64,000 nt of DNA from Balamuthia mandrillaris. Its lineage: Eukaryota. Made by a program: the position numbers and the translations under genes. Where the stretch lies: positions 62,001-126,000 of the forward strand of contig JAVKOQ020000001.1 in the NCBI GenBank assembly GCA_031835245.2. Reading direction: 5' to 3'. This document shows positions 59,368-64,000 of the stretch, one piece after another (within the stretch, counting starts at the first letter, position 1; the number at the start of each line of letters is the position of its first letter). The notes under the pieces are model-generated. The model saw nothing but the letters and a program-made list of their open reading frames with translations. It did not search any database and was not told the DNA's origin.

Positions 59368-61425
59368 TTAAGAACGTTGGCCAGGATAAGTAGAAGCGGA
59401 GGCACCGCCAGCAGAAGAAGGAGAAGGGCTCATCGGCTGATAAGGAGCGTGCATGCCCATCGGGATGTACTGCGGCGGGGCGGCAGCATACATACCACCC
59501 TGAGGAGGGTGAGGGGCCATCATGTAGGCCTGCGGGGGCGCATAGTACGCATAGTGCTGTGGTGGCATCGCTGAGATAGGCATTTGCGGTGCTGATGTAT
59601 CTTGTTGGGAAGATCTGTTTTGTTGGTTTGTTTGCGGATTTGTCATTTAAGGGAAACAGGGCAGAGAGTAGAACGCGAAGAGAAGAAACGAGACGATAGA
59701 GGGTGGAGGAAGAAGAAAGAAATACCTCTTGGAGCTGCTAGAAGACTTGGACGAAGAAGAAGATTTCTTGGATTTACTGCCGCTGCTGCTCTTTAAGTCC
59801 TCGTCCTCCTCGCTCTCGGTCTCCTCATCGTCATCGTCATGATCCTCGTCCTCTCTGCCTCCGCCGCTGCCAAACAGTCTCGACCAGAGGGAGGAGCCAC
59901 CAGAGGACTTGTCGCCACCACTTGATGAGGATGAACTATCTTTGTCGCCTGTTACAGATGTACCCAACAAAAGATCTAGATTTCGTTAGTTTTTGTTCTC
60001 TCCTCTCTGTTTTTTTAATCTTCTTTAAAATTATGACGCACCTGTATGAAAGCCGGCAAGCGGGGCACTGGTAGAAGTAACAGAAGAAGACCTCTTCTTC
60101 GACGAGGAAGAGGAAGTCATCTTCGTTAACGCCTCGGGGTTTATTTTTTCTCTCTTCAGATAAAGAGCCTGCAAGCGTCTTGCGTATTCCTCGTCAGCTT
60201 GCGCTTGCGCGTCTTGCTTTGGTTGAGGAGTGGTTGCCTCCGCGTTGAACTGCATTTGAAGGCGTTTCGCCAGTTCTTCATCCGACAAAGCAGACGAAGA
60301 AGATGATGCGATAGGGTGTGAAGAAGTGGTAGAAGATGTGGAAGACTTTCTCTTGCTCTTCTTCTTTTTCTTTGGGCTAGAAGGAGCGACTAACGGCTGT
60401 GAAGTGCTCTTGGAATAACCATTCGTCGAAGCAGACACCGAAGAAGTGGAGGAAGAGTAATGATGTTGAGCGAGTTCTTTGGTGACGATCTCCAAGGCGA
60501 CCAACCTGCTCTCTACCGACTCGGTGAACTTGTTCATCTGGCGGACGTGCTCCTGGAATTGGGCCATCATGCCCTCCATCATTTTCTTGAGCTTCTCTGC
60601 CTCTGTTTGAGGATTCGGATAGCTTTCCAACAGGCTTTGTAAGTTGTCGCTGCCACTAACGGATTTAGGCTGCTGTTGATAGGCAGAGGGTTGTGGTTGT
60701 GGTTGTGGTTGCTGTTGTGGTTGTGGTTGTGGAGCGTAACCACTTCCTCCTCCAAGTTGTGGGAGATGGTACGAAAGAGAGCCTTGTTGCTGAGGAGGCT
60801 GTTGTCGCTCGTGTTGTTGTTGATGGTACGCTTGTTGTGGTTGTTGGTGTTGAGGTTGTTGAGGTTGATGATGAGAGGGGGCCGAGTAAGAAGGGAAAGA
60901 GGAGGTGGAGGAAGAGGGAGTGTTTTGTGGTGGAGGCGGTTGGTGGTGGTAAGCAGGGGCTCCATACGATCCAGAAGATGGGGGCGAAACGGAGGCGGGA
61001 CGTTGTTGTTGCTGCTGCTGCTGTTGAGGTACAGAAGGAGAAGAAGAGGAAGAGGCAGAAGGAGCTATCGAAGGATACTGAGAAGGAGTAGAGGGAGAAG
61101 GGGAAGAAAAATAGGAAGGAGGATTCTCCTCTTTGGGTCCCGAAGCAGGTTTGTTGCCGCCAGCGCTAGGAGTAGCCGTCGATGAGGAGGAGGGTGAGGC
61201 CGTAGAGGCGAGAGAGGAGGAAGTAGAGGAAGAAGGTCTGTCCAACAGAAAACTGGCAAAATCAAAAGAGGAAGCGCTCTTTGGGGCTTGTGGTTGTTGT
61301 TGGTGTTGGGAGGAAGAAACATTTACATTGGAAATGGTGGCGCCACTGCTTTGTGGCTGTTGATGTTGTTGCGCAGTGGTGTACGTGGGACCGTCAAACG
61401 AAGGGAGCGGGTAAGGAGCGTCCAT
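59368..61425 (-). CDS. Low-complexity Pro/Ser/Gln-rich protein with a short coiled coil and two UIM/MIU-like motifs; multi-exon
   Basis: SDEELAKRLQ and ADEEYARRLQ motifs. Exons at ~60050-61425, ~59725-59950 and ~59368-59600. Confidence 0.55.
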
Positions 61426-62299
61426 TTTGTTTTTTTAAAGTAGTGTATGCCTCTGTTCGATTTCGAAAAAAATCAAAGCGAATGGGTTCGATGTTTTTTC
61501 AGCTCTGTCGCTGCCTCTCAAGTGGTAGTAAGTACTTGTTGTTTTTTTTCAGGCGGCCAAACGATTCTTCTCTGTGGTGTGTGTGTGCGCGCGCAAACAG
61601 AAGAACCAAAAGCCTCCTGTCAAAAAAAAAAAGCAGAGAGAGAAGAAAAAAAGCAAGAGAGGAGAATACGAAAACAAACGTCAGTCTGTGTGTGTGAGGA
61701 ACCTCGAAAGAAAAATAAAAAATAACAAAAAATCAAACTGAGACTGAGATTCGTGTCGAAAAGTTTTCCTCCTCTTTTTTCTCTCCTTCAAAAACATTTT
61801 TTTTAAAAAAAAAATGAAGTTGGAACACTTCACGCGCACCTTTTGTTTTGTTGTTTTTTTTTTTCTGTGTTTGCACGTATGTGTATGTGTGTGTGTGGAA
61901 GAAAAACAAAAAAAACTATGTTCGAGACCCAACTAACCTTCCTTGTTGTTCCCCTCGTTGGGTGTGGTTTTTTCTGGCCCGTTTTCTGACTCGCAGAAAT
62001 CTCCACAAAACCAAAAAAAAAACAAACTTGTGAGGAGACGTCACTTTTCGCTGGGCAAAACAAAAAAAATTTTTTTCTCGAGTCGTGTCGACGTTAGCAG
62101 AGGTGGTCGGCAATAAATCGGGAAAATTCGCACGAAGCAAAAAAAAAAGGATAGAAAAAAGAAAAGCGGGAAGAAGGAAGGAGTTCAAGCGATCTACTGT
62201 TTTTTCTCGCTCTTCTTCTTTTATTTTTTTCTTCGTTATTTATTTATTTTTCGGTTTTAACGTTACTCCGGCCTTTCGTTCGTTGCACTGAGCTTATCC

Positions 62300-62994
62300 A
62301 TGCAGAGCAACTCCGCTTCCTCTTCTTCTTCCTCCGCGATGGACATTGAAGAAAAGAACACTTCCCCTTCTTCGACCAACGCTTCCAGCAACGACCCAAC
62401 CACCTACCGGCTGGCCCAATTCGAGTGGGGGGTGGACTACGTGTGGTCCACCTGGTCCCTCATGGAGCTGGCCATCAACATGGGCTTTGGTGGACGCAAC
62501 ACTCGCGACAAAGTGCGCAACATCAAGCTGGAGGTGTTGGAGCTCTTTGACCACCAAAAGGAGGTGCATCGCGATGAGATAGAGGACCTCCTCTACCAAG
62601 CCATCGAAGAGGACCTCCACACGGTGGCGGAGGATGGGAGCGTGGAGATGGTCGCTGACCAAGTTTCACGATGTTGGAAACGGTGGAGCAGCAGTACTGC
62701 AGGAAGCTCAAGCTGGAGCTGGACAAAGTGCGCGAGCAAAGACTGACCGGTTGCTTCCCGGATGAGTGCGCTCCGAATCTAATCCCTGCCGACGAGGGAG
62801 AGTACAGCGAGAGCGAGAGCGAGGACGAGGAAGAGGGGGAAGAGGGAGAAGGGAAAGAGAAACAGCCACAACAAGAGAGAAGAGGAGGAAGCGGCGGTGA
62901 AGAAAAGAAGAAGATAGAAGACGTGGATGAAGATGGATTCACGTTAGTGACCAACAAACGAAACAAAAAGAAAGGCAAGTCCGGCAGTGGATGA
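62300..62994 (+). CDS. TSR2: Pre-rRNA-processing protein TSR2 (apparent 1-nt frameshift near 62665)
   Basis: W..MELAINMGFGG, IEDLL..DLHTVAEDGSVEMVA, an acidic tail and DEDGFTLV..KR, spread over two overlapping frames. Confidence 0.75.
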
Positions 62995-63084
62995 GGATAA
63001 AAGCGCCTGCATAATAACAAAATAAAAGTTTTACTTCTTTTTCTTCTTCATCTCTTCTTCTTTTTTGTTGTTACTTTCGTTTGT

Positions 63085-63969
63085 TTACTGTACTTCGCCA
63101 AGATAGTCCTTCACCTCAGGGGGAGTCAACACCCTAAATACCTTCTTGCCCTCCACCTGTTGAACCACCGCCAATTCGATGTTGTGCTCCGTCATCTCTC
63201 CCTCGAAACCTTCTTTCAGCGTCAAAATGGCTGTGTGAATGGCATCTTCCAGTCCAATATCTTCCTTGTATCTGTTCCGTTGTTTTTTTTTTGGGTTTTT
63301 AAAATAATAACGAGAAAGAAGGAAAGAAAGAAGAAACAAAGAAAGAGGAACGACAGAAGGAGAAAGGAAACGAAGAGCAGAAAGACAAACCTCTTTTCCA
63401 AGAAAGTTCTAGCATTAACCATGTGTTTGCCGATGGCAGAGGCCTTCCATGCCCAGTAAGAGCCGGAAGGATCCACTTGATACATTTGGGGGCCGGCGAT
63501 GTCGTCATAACCAGCTACCAACAAACTCACACCAAATGGCCGCACTCCTCTATAGACACAAAATTATAAGGTTACTCAAAGTAAATAAGGGAGGAAAATG
63601 AGGAGAAGCGACAGCGTGAGAACAGGAGGAAGAGAAGCTGAGAGAGAAGCGTGAAGAGAACAGAAGCAAAAAAGCATGAACAGAGTGAATGGAGAAAGAA
63701 AGAGGTCCAAACCCAGATTGTGTGAACTCCTGCATGACAAAGGCCATTTCTCGCACGATCTGAGAGACTGGAATGGGGCTCTGGTACATGCGGTAGTAGG
63801 CCTGAGCGATCTTTCTGCCCTTGCGCACGAGGACACGCGAGTCAGGCCCCATGCCAGCGTACACGCAGCCCACGTGGTCCGTCAGCATGCTGATCTTTTG
63901 GAAGGAGGTCTCGTCCATAAGAGAGGGAAGCTTCTTCTCGGTCGCCAACACCACTCCATCAGTGGCTGC
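63085..63969 (-). CDS. PSMA2: Proteasome subunit alpha type-2; 5' end lies outside the window
   Basis: [56 protein letters not shown] and [17 protein letters not shown]. Confidence 0.92.
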
Positions 63970-64000
63970 AGTGAAAAAAGTTTCCCAATGAGAATTTAAA

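Overview
Gene-dense window from an intron-rich eukaryotic (protist) genome. GT-AG introns are typically 80-300 nt and often filled with (CT)n or (TTC)n microsatellites. Gene content and style suggest a free-living amoeba (Amoebozoa), which is an inference and not proven. About 26 protein genes are recognisable. Housekeeping or signalling genes: CAMK/AMPK-type kinase, PH-SH3-FYVE scaffold, NPL4-like, ADP-ribosylglycohydrolase, Costars+LIM protein, RING protein, PRCC, CIR1, PrimPol, CRYZL1, a Net1/Tof2/Dnt1-N-domain coiled-coil protein, PIP kinase, TSR2 and PSMA2. Secreted or accessory genes: an IgGFc/TSP3 surface protein, an intronless bacterial-like secreted protein, an HTTM membrane protein, a three-copy FAS1 array (one copy pseudogenised), a GNAT, a GT61 glycosyltransferase and a sulfotransferase. 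The most striking element is at ~38.9-42.4 kb. It is an intronless 789-aa RAG1/Transib-like DDE transposase with an intact catalytic triad, intact core Zn ligands and a duplicated N-terminal Cys/His module. It lies tail-to-tail with an unknown partner ORF and is bracketed by CACTTGGA...TCCAAGTG termini and a shared 14-bp motif. No target-site duplication is visible. All family calls are by eye from motif recall, and exon boundaries are approximate.
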